Positions 37,605 through 50,000 of a DNA stretch of 64,000 nt are shown here, piece after piece. This stretch comes from Klebsormidium nitens (lineage: Eukaryota > Plantae > Klebsormidiophyceae), in assembly GCA_000708835.1 (NCBI GenBank), contig DF237418.1, forward strand, positions 1-64,000, given 5' to 3'. The notes beneath the pieces are model-generated. The model did no database searches. It was given only the letters and a program-made list of their open reading frames with translations, and had not been told where the DNA came from. A program made the position numbers and the translations under genes. Within the stretch, counting starts at the first letter, position 1. Every line of letters begins with the position of its first letter.

Positions 37605-40600
37605 TCAGGCTTGCAAGATCAGCTGGGACGATGGCGGAAACTTGAGTTGATCATTAACCTGCAGCGGAAAGTCTTTGATGACGGTTCTCAAGAGAAAGAA
37701 TTTGTCAAAAGCTTGGTGGCTCTGGGGTTGAGTGCCATTGGGCGACTTTGAAGGGCTCGAAGACAGCAACTCGTCGCCAGAGCCACCTTTCCGCGCTCGC
37801 GTCGTCTCCAGGTCCGCGTTCCAGCGGAACAACAGCAGAAACGGTCACATTTTGGGTGAATGTTTCTTTTGGGCACAAAGTCTGCCCACCAAGGCAGAGC
37901 AGTAGCTGCTGGGCCGAAAATAAGCTCTCAAATTCAAGATTTTAGGAAGCATGGCAAAGACTTTTTGAATGTCTGTCGTACTTTATTATTCGTCGATCGC
38001 TGTCTGATACCATCAGGTTAAGAAGTGCTTTGTGTATGTGACGTACCTTGGCAGCCATGTATTGTGAGAGCAGCTGCCGGATCTCCGTGTTTTGGCTCTC
38101 GATTGCCCGGATATCTTCCAAAGTGTTCGCTCTGCAAAAGACGAAGCCACGACGTCAACCGGAGTGGCGAGCATCGGGAAAAGCACGAATCGCTTCAGAT
38201 GCAAAAAAATGAAGCCTTCTTCTGAAACACAAACATCATATTGACTGTTGCAGACAGTGACTTGCGGCTTGCATTCCCCAACTGAGCAACTGAAGGACTT
38301 GACTTTAACTTTTCAACCCAACAAATGAAGGTGGGACTATGAGAATCGAGTGACGGCCTCGAACAGTTGCCTCGGCCCGCCATAGTGTAGGAAGAGCTTG
38401 CAACTGTATTTTGAGATCATGTCTCGACATCCATCGCCGTATCTGGCAACGACAGTCTCATGGATACAAGTCCAGCCTCTTCACTGCCAATGCAAGGTCT
38501 CCTAAGAAGAAAGACTGCTTCCACGGATTTACACTCAAGGGATCCTCTTATAGCCGCTCACCTCTGCGTCAGCAGCTTATGGTACTGCATCTGCGCCGCC
38601 TCGAGCGCGCCCCACGCGCGCGCGCTCTTCTCCGCGACCACGTTCGCCATTCGCTGCCAGTACTCCCGCTCCTCGCCCGGTTCCCGTAACCCGGTCGTTT
38701 TCCGACTCAGGCTCTTCGTCAGTTTCAGGCTCTGGTAACCCCCGGTTATCTTCAACTGGGCTTCCACGAAAGCCCGCAGCTGGCGCGCCACGCGGTCTGG
38801 GGGGATCGTGCCAGGGGGATCCCTCTCCGAGCCCTGTGTAAGGTAGGACTGCAGACTGGCGAGGGCGACCGGAGAAGAGACTCCGAGGCAGCCTAAGAGG
38901 GCGTCGACCGACACGAGGGAAGGGCCTTGGGAGGCGTCTGCGAGAAAGAGATATTTGCTGACTTCAGCGAAGGGAAAGTGGTGCCGTCATCAGGGTTCTG
39001 TGCAGCAATAAGTACGATAATGGGTCGAGTTCAGGGTAAAGAAGACTGGATCAGCTTTCAGCGAAGCGTTCAAATTTGGCGTGAAGGGTACTGTTTCTTC
39101 GCATATAGCGCCCGCATGATAGACAGACACAGGAAAGAAGGCGTCGCTGGACCGGTACCCTGAGCGACTGTTTAGCGGAGGTTGCGCTCGGACGGCCGCC
39201 CCAAAAAGCACGTGCACAAAGAGTTGCAGCGACACGTGGTCACGTCTCAAGGACTGTAAGTCGCCGGAGGGCCACGTGGGGGACGCCCTCTTAAGCGTTC
39301 TTCATGCGCGTCGATGCGCGACAAGCGTATTTCTGTTTTGGGCACATATTGCCTTCTTCAGATGGAGGGTCGAAACGTCTTGATGATAGACGGCCTACCT
39401 TGAGCTTTTTCAGAGTCCATATAACGGAAATGTCTTACTCAATTTTCACGGCCTCGACCAAGAATCCAGCACGACAGGTTCGTTGAAGCCCGGAGCTTTT
39501 GATTGCCCGTCAAAAGTGTCAAAGCTCACGGCAAAGCCGTTGGCGTGCAGATACCAAGCCACTTACGGCCCAGAACGTGGAAGACGCCGAACTGCTGTCG
39601 ATCCAGATCGACCGAAACCGTCATGCGTCCGAGGTCTCAACGCGGACAGCCTGCCGAACGCCTCTGGGCAAAGTTTCAGAAAGGAACTGTCATGATATTA
39701 ATCAGGCCCGCGTACTACTTCTTCAATTAGCGCGTACGACATGGTCCGAATAACGTCCGAAAACTGCCCAACTGAGCTTCCATTTGAGTTGCCGTGTTAA
39801 CAACTGAGCTTCCATTTGAGTTGGCGTGTTAACCCGTCCGGAAACTCACCGCGTACGACCTCCCGGCTCGACCCTTCATAAGCGTCAATCACGATTTGCT
39901 CACAAGGCTCATTGATCGGACAAAGATGTCTCTGAAAAGTGTCCGAAAACCGTCCGAAAACCGTCCGAAACACTCACCGCGTACGACCTCCTCGACTTTC
40001 CCTGGCACCAGATAGCCCGCTTCGTCGCACAGCATCTGCAGCATCTGTCGGTACTCTTCCCCGACCGCCTCTAGCCAGCTCCCCTCGCGCTCCCCGGGGG
40101 GGTCCTCCGGCGCCTCATTCTCTCCCCCCTCCGCGGGCAGATTCCCCACCGGTTGGAATAGATCCGCCGAGGGGGGGTGCCACGCCCATCCTAGTTGCTG
40201 CTCGTGCAGCACCTTGTCCGCGCGCAGGAGTGATGTCACCAGCCGCGCGGCCTTGCCCTGCTTCATCTCGAACAGCTGCGCGTACTGCGTCCGGTCGGTG
40301 CGCGCGAAGTGCGCGACCTTGTCCTGCGGGCCGGATTTGCAGGGCTTTTGGGATTTTCAGTTTTTAAACTTTTAGGTCTTAAGATTGAAGTTTTAGAGTT
40401 TAGAGGTTTTTGAATTCGATTAAGGTTTGAACGTCAATCGCCATGAGCGTTTCCGTATTAGCCCTGGCTTAGTAGCGAAGGAATCACGGTGTTACGGATG
40501 CGAAGCGCGTAAGCTTTGATCCACTGCTCTATGACGCGTTGATCTTTTGACTCATGGCGCTTGCGATTCGTAGAATCGAAAGCTCTACGATTTGGATTTT

Positions 40601-43600
40601 TGGAAATTGCCGCGAGGCACCACAGTGGGAGCACTCTCGGCGCAGGTGACAAATACGACCTCATTCATTAAAGGACCATACGCGTGTCAGACCTGAGCAT
40701 CCGGGGATCAGATCGTCAGTTGACACAGATCCTGAACCGCAAAAAATCATCCAGATTCGATGTCTTCTTGGCATGTCTAACAAGAGAGTCTGCCTAGTCT
40801 CTTGTGTACGCATGCATCGACGTTGATATGCACAGGTCACCACGGCCGCATACGCAATCTTGCGTGCTACAGCTCTCCACGTAACATAAGCTCGACTACC
40901 TACAAGACAAAGCCGACCGAATGTATTTGTGCGTACGCAACCCCACCTGCAGATCTTTGAATTGTTCCGTACAGCGGCGGTACTCGTCCGTGACGCGCAG
41001 GTCGGCTTCCCGCTGACGTTTCTCCACGTCAGCGGCCGCGGCTTTCAGGCCGCTGAGCACGTCACGCTGACGCGCGAGCTTCCGCTTTTGCGCGGCGACG
41101 GTGGAACCGTTTTCCGTGTCGCGCTCCAGAAGGACGCGCCAATTGTACTCCAACTTTTCCGTGTTTAGCTGCGCAAGCAAGAAATGAATCCCCTTTAAAT
41201 CTTTGATTGCTTTATTTCTTCGTGTTAGCAAGAATTGAATCCTCTTCAAATTTGTTTTTGTTTTGGGTCTGAGAACATTCGTAAGTTTTGGCGGTATAAA
41301 GTAATGTTTTCCGCGGCCAGCTATATTCCGTGTTGAGCTGCGCAAGCGAAAAAGGCTACGAGAAGCTTGAGGAAGTTAGGCCGGGCAGTCACAGGGGAGG
41401 ATGAAGAACTTCTACTGATCCGGGGTGAAATAGTTAAAGTTTGAGTACGAGAAAAGTTAGACAAGCCCATCGAATTACCCGGACGTGCTGCAGGTTTTGT
41501 TCCAAATTTCCAATCACTGACGTCCATCTGACGCCCATCTGACGTCAAATTCGATGTCTCTCGATGTATCTGGCCAAGTCTTTCATCGTTTTAAGCGTGC
41601 CGGACGCCTTCCATAGCAAACATGAAAACGTCCGAAAGTCACGATAGGCTGTAGATCCCGTTCCAGGTTCTGAAGGTCACAAACCTCTATACATACAGAG
41701 CGCCCCACATGTCGGACATGGTCTTCCGATCTCCTAAGGTTAAATGACGAAATGTACGAAAAATGTAGGGATTACAAGAAGACGCGGCAAAAAAATGAGA
41801 GGACGCGTCGTGATTGGTCAGGAGGAGAACCGAGACGGAAGTAAGTACAGTGTTCAAGAAGGGGGAGCGGATCCCTACTTGATAGGTCGCCCGCATGTGC
41901 TGCAAGTGTTGCTCCAGGTTGTGGATGTCCGTCTCGAGCTGCCCCTTGAGGCGCGCGTACTGCTCCGCGTCGCTCGCGCGCAGCGCCTCCAGCGCGGCCC
42001 AGTACTCGCCCGTCGCGGCCGCGCAGCGCTCCAGGAACGCGTTCTCGCGCGCGCGCCGCGCCTCGAAGAGGGCAGCGATCTCGGCCTTGTTGCTGCGGAG
42101 CAGAGTATGAGTGAAAAATCAGCAATCAGTGCTCCGTGTTGATCGTTAAATCGGCTGATTCCCAAACCCCTATGAAATCCAGAAACAAAAAGCTTCGAAT
42201 TTCCAAGTTTTCGAGGCTCCTGTACTTCCGCTGGAAAAACGCGTCCGGTGGCGAATATGCTCCGAGTGATCCTGAAATTTTCCAGCAATACGTCTGTACT
42301 GTTTGAAAGCTGCGCCGGCAGGCCGCTAAAAGTCGAACGATGCCCGAAAACGCTGCATGATCTGGAAGATAGAGAAAGTAAGACTCGCCAGATGTGTCTT
42401 CCTCGGTGAACCGACCGGTCTCCGACAAGCTCGAGCGCTGCTAAGTGGTCCTGTAAAGCTTCACTCTTCTACCACTCTTTTTCAACACAAACCGAAAGCA
42501 AAATAATCGAGAATCCAAAGAGGGGGAACTCTGTAGAGACCTTTGACTGCTTAAGGGGCTGCCAGCTATTCCTGGCCTGTAGCACTTTGAAGCTGCTCAT
42601 ACACCAAGACCGTCAAAACTGAAAATAGATCATGGTGGTGTCGAATGGCGGCGGCCTATGACCCGATCTGCGCCCCTCAATTCCCAAAAACTCACGCCCG
42701 ACCCTCAATAAAGCCTCGTTCATGCGCCGCCAAGTCTTCCCAGTAAGCCGCCTTTGGACCTTGCCAGCCGTATAAGGACGGTCGGAAGAGAGGGCTCGAA
42801 CAGATTACAAAACCAAAAAATGAAAGCGCTTTCTATGAAATGCATATAGAGGAACAGATTTACATATATGGCTTCTCACTTGGTCAAGAGGCGCGCTCGG
42901 TCCGCCAAAAAGCTCCTCTCGAGCGCGGCCAAGTCCTCCCGGTAGGCGGCCTGCAGCGCCTGGAAGCTGCGGCGACACGCGGCCAGCAGCGCCTCGATGT
43001 CGGTCGCCGCCTGCTTCAGCGCGCGCACGTAGTCCTCGTCCTTGTCCTTCAGGACCGCGCGCAGGTCGCCGATGAGGGCGTCTTTGTTTGCGATCACCGC
43101 AGCACACGCCTGGGAGAGACGTAGGTCAGTTTTAGTAGTGGAAATTTGGAAACAAAAACAAAGAATAGCCGGGAAACGCAATGCTGTGGGCGGAAATGTA
43201 GTCCTCGTCCTTGTCCTTCAGAACCGCGCGCAAGTCGCTGATGAGGGCGTCTTTGTTTGTGATCACCGCAGCACACGCCTGGGGAAGCCGTAGATCGATT
43301 TAGTGGAGGGGAGAAGAAAAGCTTTTTTGGATGGAGGGAGAGAGCAATAATGTAGTGGGATAATAGAATTCTCGTTCTTTCCTTTCAGGACCGGGTGCAG
43401 GTCGCCGGTGAGGGCATCTTTGTTTGCGATCACCGCAGCACACGCCTGTTAGAGGGCATAGAGTAGCAAAATCAAGGGGGGCCTTCTGCGATACAAAAGA
43501 GAGAACTCGGTTGGGCTTTCGAGTGCTTGAAAAGCGCGGGTGAGTTGCCGACGAGAGAGGTTGCGATAACCGCAGACTTTGGGTGGAAAGGTCCAACGTC

Positions 43601-45974
43601 AAAAGGGAAACAGCCACGCCTGAGGGAACAGCTGGAGCGACTTAGTGGGGAGTAAAAAGATAAATAATGGATAGGATGGGAGGGAAAGAATGTTGAGGAG
43701 CATTTAAAGGACTTATCCTTGTCTTTCAGAACCGCGCGCAGGTTGCCGATGAGGGCGTCTTTGTCGTAATGACAGCAGCAAACGGCTGGGCGCCAAAAGT
43801 TGGAGCATTAAGATAAAGGTTGAGAAGCAGAAGATACGCGGACGTTCAAAGGAAGAAGGAAGCATCTAGCGGAGTACATAAAGCTCATCCTCGTCCAGGA
43901 TTAAAGGTTAAAAATGTCATCCAAAATGGTCGGCTCTTGCCTCTCAACTCTGAGTTCGGCGTCTCGGAAGGTCCAAAATTGGTCGAGACAAATATATCAT
44001 CATTAACGATCTCTTCTGAAATCACTCAAGAACAAACACTTACCTGGCGCTGTTTTTCGATGTCGGCCGCCAAGTCTTGCGGCACCCCCGGTGTGAACAG
44101 GGCCGCCCACTTGGCCGCCACGTCAGCGTTGCTCTTCAGGCTCGCCTCCGCCTCAGCGAGAACCGCCGTCCGCAGGTTCTGCAAAAAGAGCCAACAGCGT
44201 CTCGCTCGTTGTCTCGTTAATTTCGTCAAAAAAATATTCGCCAGAGGGGTTCACGATGTCTCGTTCAACTCATTCGCCAGAGGTGTTTTCTGGTGTCTCG
44301 TAAAACCTCGTGAAAGACTCTCGCCAGGGGTAATTAAGTTGTCTTCTTAACCCTGTGACGTAAACACTAGCCAGAGGTGGTTATGCTCTCCCGGTAACCT
44401 TGTCAACTCAACACTCGCCAGAGGGGATTGTGTCGTCCCATGACTTCATTTAAAACTCTCGTCAGAGGTCGTAGTGCTGTCTCGTTTAACCCCGTTGAAT
44501 AAACTCTCGCCAGAGGTAGTTGTACTGTAGTTAACCTCGTTTAAGATAAGCCCTCGCCAGGGGCGGTTGTGCTGTCCTTAACCTTGGTATTGCATCACTC
44601 CCCGAGGCGATTGTGACGTTTGGACTCGTTGCCACCAGAAGCCGCGGCATCAATGGTCAGTAGTCTGAGCGCATCTGACCTCAGTATTCCAAGAACCATG
44701 TCTGTTTTCCACAAGAGCCATTAGGGAACTGTAAGACGTGCCTACCTGTCTCTGTTCTTCCTCCTTCTGCCGCCGCCGCTGTTCTCGCTCGTCTCCAGCG
44801 ACGCGTGGAGCCGTGACGTCCGCATTGCCTCTCAGCTGCGACAGAAAGAAATTCACCGGGCTCGATTCCCAACGTGTTCGAGCTCATTTTTTGACGACGT
44901 TCAGCTCGTTTTGACAATTCTGGGACTCACCTTTCGCCCAAAGAAAGGCCTGCAGTTGCCAACGCACCGATGAAAGTCCAAGCGCACAATCTTTCAGCTA
45001 GCATGTGGGAAGAGCGAAGATAGCAATTCTTCAAAGTTACAAGTAGTTCAAAACGCACAGGATGGCATGTGTGCTGCTCGAGTGTGCTCAACATGTGGGG
45101 GCTATGTCATTACTCATCACATGGGCGTGGGTCCTCATCCCTATGAAAACAACCAGTAACAGATTCTCACAAGGCCATTTGCATGGCATCTGTACCACCG
45201 TTTGGTAAACAACTAGCAGTACCATAGTCTCTTACGTAGGCCTCCAAGTTTGTGGGAATGTCTTCATCGGCCGGCCGCTTTTTTCCGCTGGGCCAGCACC
45301 AAGCCAGCGTCTTTAACTAGGACAACCGCTCCCTGAGATCGCTTTCAAGGCAGTTGGGTAACCGCCAGGTCAGCGCCACGTCAGCGCACGGCTGTCAGGT
45401 GGCGCGCTCACCTTGAGGCGAGCGAGGCGCAGCAACACCTGCGCCTTGTGCGCTTTTCCGAGGTGGGGGTCACGCTTCTCTTCCTCCGCGGCTTTGCGCG
45501 CCCCTGCGGTTAGAGGTAAGGTTAGCACAAACTGAGCAGAAATAGCTGGCAGTTAAGTGAATTAAACGCAGGTTAAGGGCAGGGTTTCGGCGGATGTAGG
45601 GATTTCACCCGCATGAGGAAGCGGCGAGAGGTCCAAAGAGAGCATCTTCGGAGAGACGAGCTACGCGGAAGAGCACAGGGCTAAGCGATTGCAGCTGACT
45701 GTTAGGTTCCAAAGCTGCGCCAAAAGTGTACCTTCATCTGCCAGCTTGGGATGCGCAATGCTGCTGAAGCTCAAAATCTTGAGCGCAAGTGTGATGCTTC
45801 AACCTGTCAGACTTTTAAACCTAATATATTCCATTTACCGAAGTCTAGCATCCCCATCGATCTCTTACCCCCATCAGCAGCATCCCTGGTCGCCTGGATA
45901 CGCGCTTGGATGCGCGCCCTCCGAGCAGCGATCCGCTCCTCCCGCCCATTTCCCCCAGGCAGTGCAGGCTCCAT
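37605..45974 (-). CDS. DRC1: Dynein regulatory complex subunit 1 (DRC1/CCDC164), flagellar; 11 exons, about 649 aa
   Basis: Minus-strand exons 45974-45869, 45503-45412, 44835-44746, 44178-44044, 43109-42880, 42092-41879, 41168-40947, 40323-39978, 38937-38562, 38131-38047 and 37658-37605 (1950 nt, in phase). Peptides EERIAARRARI, LETDIHNLEQHLQHMRATYQLNTEKLEYNWRVL, LLRADKVLHEQQLGW, LCDEAGYL and VNDQLKFPP match Chlamydomonas DRC1 as I recall it. Confidence 0.95.
39769..39832. repeat. 32-bp direct tandem duplication in a DRC1 intron
   Basis: caactgagcttccatttgagttg(c/g)cgtgttaa twice. Confidence 0.9.
43180..43792 (-). repeat. Three decayed copies of the DRC1 exon-5 acceptor plus exon start
   Basis: Plus-strand gagggcgtctttgtttgcgatcaccgcagcacacgcctg (real copy at 43074-43112) recurs at about 43243-43282, 43409-43449 and more weakly 43750-43790. 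Confidence 0.9.
44238..44612. repeat. Degenerate minisatellite, about 9 units of ~46 bp, core CTCGCCAGAGG, in DRC1 intron 3
   Basis: The core recurs near 44238, 44274, 44320, 44367, 44414, 44458, 44506, 44553 and 44599, with mutually similar linkers. Confidence 0.85.
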
Positions 45975-46903
45975 GATGCGAGCGCTAGCTGCGTGCGAGC
46001 CTTGGCATTGGCGTGTTAAGCTTCATGAAAAGATCTGCTCCTCCGAATGAAGCTTGATAATCAGCCGGAAAATGGCTGCGTCTGACTCGATCAACAGGTC
46101 TGAAGAGTTGGCGGTCAGGGCCTGAATCAGGCCGCACTGTCTGATCACTTTTTGTCTCCTTGAAACTGCTCCATCACATGTTTATCAAAGCTTCTCAGTG
46201 GTACTTCTTCATGCAGAAGCGAGAAACGCGCAGGCGTCTTCCGGCATACAACGTGAAAGCTTCTCACGGAAACAGAGGATCCCCGATCCGGATATAATAT
46301 CGGCATTCTGTGACAGTGTACTTGGTTGCTCATCCTCTTTCTCAATGCCTGCAGTACTGCTATCTACTTCCTTTACTAGGAAATGCGGATGTAAAGGAAG
46401 TAAAGGGAGTACATGCGGGTGCCCAGATTCAAATTTAGTTGTGGGTGCATCCTTTCCTGATGACTGCACTTGGACTCGGAGCCACTTGGAGCTGCTCGCT
46501 ACAGTACCAACCACCGTCTATTTGCCCGACAGCCGTATATACAAGCTGTTTGCTCGTGTGCAGCTCGCGCAGTTGGCCAAGAACATCATTTTAATTCAAG
46601 TTTATATATACTCGGGGCTTCCCCCCGGGGGAATGCTGAGTATTATTGTAAGATTACCAGTTTCGCGTCAAATCAACTGGGTGAATCCACCGGGCACTTC
46701 TTGAAAGGGGAGGTGCATGAGCTTGGTTTTGGGTTCTCAAGCAAACCCGAAACCGGCCACATGGCATTCCGGAGCGGTGTGTTTCTGCGCTTCTAAGCGT
46801 GGTTAGGGTGACTATTACCTGACAGTAGAACCTAGGGTCAGGTGCTACGCTGGCGGTTTCTCAACCTGTTCACTAGGTATTTTACAGGCAAGACCTCACT
46901 CTT

Positions 46904-46988
46904 TGTTTTCACGCCAATGGCACATGTTTTCACGCCAATGAGGCGCTTTTTGGCTGTCCTAGGTGTGGCTGTGAGGCGCTGATTGGGG
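46904..46988 (+). promoter_or_regulatory. Duplicated CCAAT-containing motif upstream of VPS18, in the divergent DRC1/VPS18 intergenic region
   Basis: tgttttcacgccaatg at 46904-46919 and 46925-46940, plus a reverse CCAAT (gattgg) near 46981, all within about 110 bp of the ATG at 47013. Confidence 0.45.
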
Positions 46989-47012
46989 AGAGATCTCAGC
47001 AGAAAGGCCACC

Positions 47013-50000
47013 ATGTTGACAGATTGGAACCAGGAAGAGAGCGGCCCTGCAGAGGAGCCACTCGAGGATGCATTCGAAGCAGCAATTGATGAGGGTGACG
47101 AGGTGAGAGGACTTTAAGTTTCAATCAGGAAAATCGTGATCATTGTGTTTGCAGCTCAAACTACCTCATTGAAATTTAATGTTGCAGTCGTGGGTTTCGG
47201 TTTTTGACTATGACAATGTTTCACATATCATTCGAAAAGTGAGCGGGTGCATTGATACAAGCTTCAAAACCATGCAAGTTTGTGTGGTGCAACATTGGCA
47301 AATGTTCTTGCTCACTCACTTTTATTGAGCACGCAGCTTATTGGATTCATCTCATCAAGTGGCTGTGAGTATGGTTAGCCTGCTTGTACAAAGCAAGAAC
47401 AAATGGGTATGCCCCCTGCCACCGACGAACTTTGCCCATTACACCACCCCTCCTCGGCCCCTGCGTACTTGATTGATGCACAAATCCTGCAGCCCAGCAG
47501 AGCACAAAACTACGCAAACCACACTTTGAGTCTGAACCCGAAGGATGGGGGAAGTCTCTCTTTGCCCCCCATGTCCCTTTCCCCCCCGGCCTTTACTTAA
47601 CGGCACCTCCAAGATGTCCGCATCAATGATCAGAAACCCGTCAGTTCACATCGTTCGTTGTCCTCCTTCACTTGAAATTGCCTGAATGCTTGCACCCATT
47701 TACAGGATGCAAATGTCCCCGCTTCCCGCCCTCCCTCCTTTCCAATCGTGGACCCCATCTTTCGAGTCGATGCGCTCGAGCGGAATGCCGCCAGGGGCCA
47801 TGGAGAGGTGACGTCAGCGGCGGCCGCCAATAATGTCATCCTGGTTGGGACCAGCAAAGGGTGGCTGATCCGCCATGACTTTGGCGGAGAAGAAGCTCTA
47901 GGCAAGTATTCCTAATAGCAAGGAGAGGACTAGGAACGCGGATAGGGTGGTTGATGAAGGAACCTAATCTTTGCCTAACGGATGGTTTCAATGGATAGGA
48001 GCAGGGGCTTGTGACTACTCTTGAAGTCATGATCTGACTGACTTTTTTGAGCATACTTCTATGAGGAAGAAGTTTGATAGTAAGGAGAGGTGCTGGCTTG
48101 GAGGTTTTTTCAACCGCATCTCTGGGATACTCAGAAAAATTGGTTTAAGAAGACTTGAGTTGTGAGTACAGCCTGTGGGGACCGAAATATCCAAACCAAC
48201 CTCTGATCAGGCCCGCCAGAACAAACAAAATCTGCCAGGTTTCGCTCGAAAGTCACCAAGACTAAAGACGGGTTCCACCACTGGTTTGCCCCAACCTTGT
48301 TGGCCATAACCGTAGATAGTAAACGATACTGTCCATAGCTTATATCGTTGACGCTCTTCATAACCTTTCCCCGAGTCCTGAAAGTGGGCGTAAGATGTGC
48401 ACCTTCCTTTGAAAGCTCATCGTACTGAGCCCTTCATTGGATTGCAGTCGAAAATCCTGACCGCCGAAATCCTGACGTTGTTGGCAATTTCGTCAGATGC
48501 TCACGTCCACTTTGTGTTTACCGTTGTGCTTTCCTGCAGAAATTGACCTGAACACGACCCGCCAAAACGACCAAACCATTTCAAAGGTGTTCCTCGACAA
48601 TGGCGGGCGGCACGCGCTTGTCTCGCTTAAGAGCACGACCGGCTTTCCAGCGGAGACGCTTTACATGCACGCGAGGTGGAAGAAAGCGCGGCCGCTGGCC
48701 AAGCTCAAGGGAATCCTGGTGACAGCGGTCGCTTGGAACAAATTGCAGAGCAATGACGGTGAGACTTTCTAGACTCAAACTTGCGTTTCTGAATGATGAG
48801 TTACTGAGTTATCAAAGTTTGCGAATGTGCGGCCTTCAAATACTGGAATATTTCTATACTTTTTGGCGGTGGGTCACAAAGGTGTTTGGTGGACCAAAAG
48901 GCTTGTATGCTGGAAGGTGTAAGGAGCATAGAGACTCAGGCCCCATAATCGAAAGACCAGGCTTTACATTTGGAAGGTCCTCCAACGATTTGGAATCCAA
49001 AAACCCTTGATTCTTGTTCAGATCTTTCCATTTCTTGAACTAAGAGGAACTACGAACGACGACTGACAGGCCTTGTTTGCACTCGTGCGCACAGGTAACA
49101 CCCGCGAGTTCCTCATCGGCACCAGCAACGGCCAGATCCACGAGGCCCTCATTGAGGAGAAGGACAAGCGCGAGAAGTATGTCAAGCTGCTGTACGAGCT
49201 GCAAGAGAGCCAGGAACCCATCTGCGCCATCCAAGTAAGCTGTCAAAGCTCTGCTTCAAAAACTTGGGATTGCTTTCGAGGATTTTGAGGAGTTTTGGAA
49301 GGGATGTCTGATGGTTCAAAAGCTGTCAGGGACTTCGTCAAGCTGCTGTACGAGCTGCAAGGAGAGCCAAGAATTTATCTGTGGTATCCAAGTAAACCGG
49401 CGACGCCTGGGCTTTGGAAATACGGGTTTTGAGTTATAGGGTTTTCTGACCACAGTTTATAAGAAATCAATAGTTGGGAACCCAACTGCCAAACGTCATT
49501 TTCGCGGAGGTTCGACGTTCTATTGACTACGAGAGATAAACAAGCAACAATGCCGCCTTGGCAATGGCACCGTTCGTTCGAGATTACCGCCAAGTGAGAC
49601 AGAAGAGTTTTTGTGGCACACAACTCAACACCCAAATCCAATGATAACTTGCTTCGCACCCGCACCCCCCCAACCTCCAACCTACGACTTTCTGCGTTAA
49701 ACTTGCCACCCTTGCTTCTTCAGTGGTTCCCAAACTCAAGCGCTGTGGATAGTCTTTCCATCGTCGATCGATGGTCCAAGATTTGAAACGAATACTCCAG
49801 CAGATTTGACGCAAAGAATTCTATATCGACTCGTTCCTCACTGTCTGCGTCCAGTGCAAAGGTTATCAGATTGAAACCAAAGTCAAAACTTTGCTGTCTG
49901 GTTCCCGCGCGGCAGATGGAGGTCATGACGACTTCCAGCGGTCCCCGCTACTTCATAATGGCAGTCACGGCGACCCGTCTCTACACCTTCGCGGGCGCCG

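Noticed and set aside
44238-44612. CRISPR-like array (conserved core with variable spacers)
   Set aside because: The linkers resemble one another, the core is only about 11 bp, there are no cas genes, and it lies in a eukaryotic intron. It is a minisatellite.
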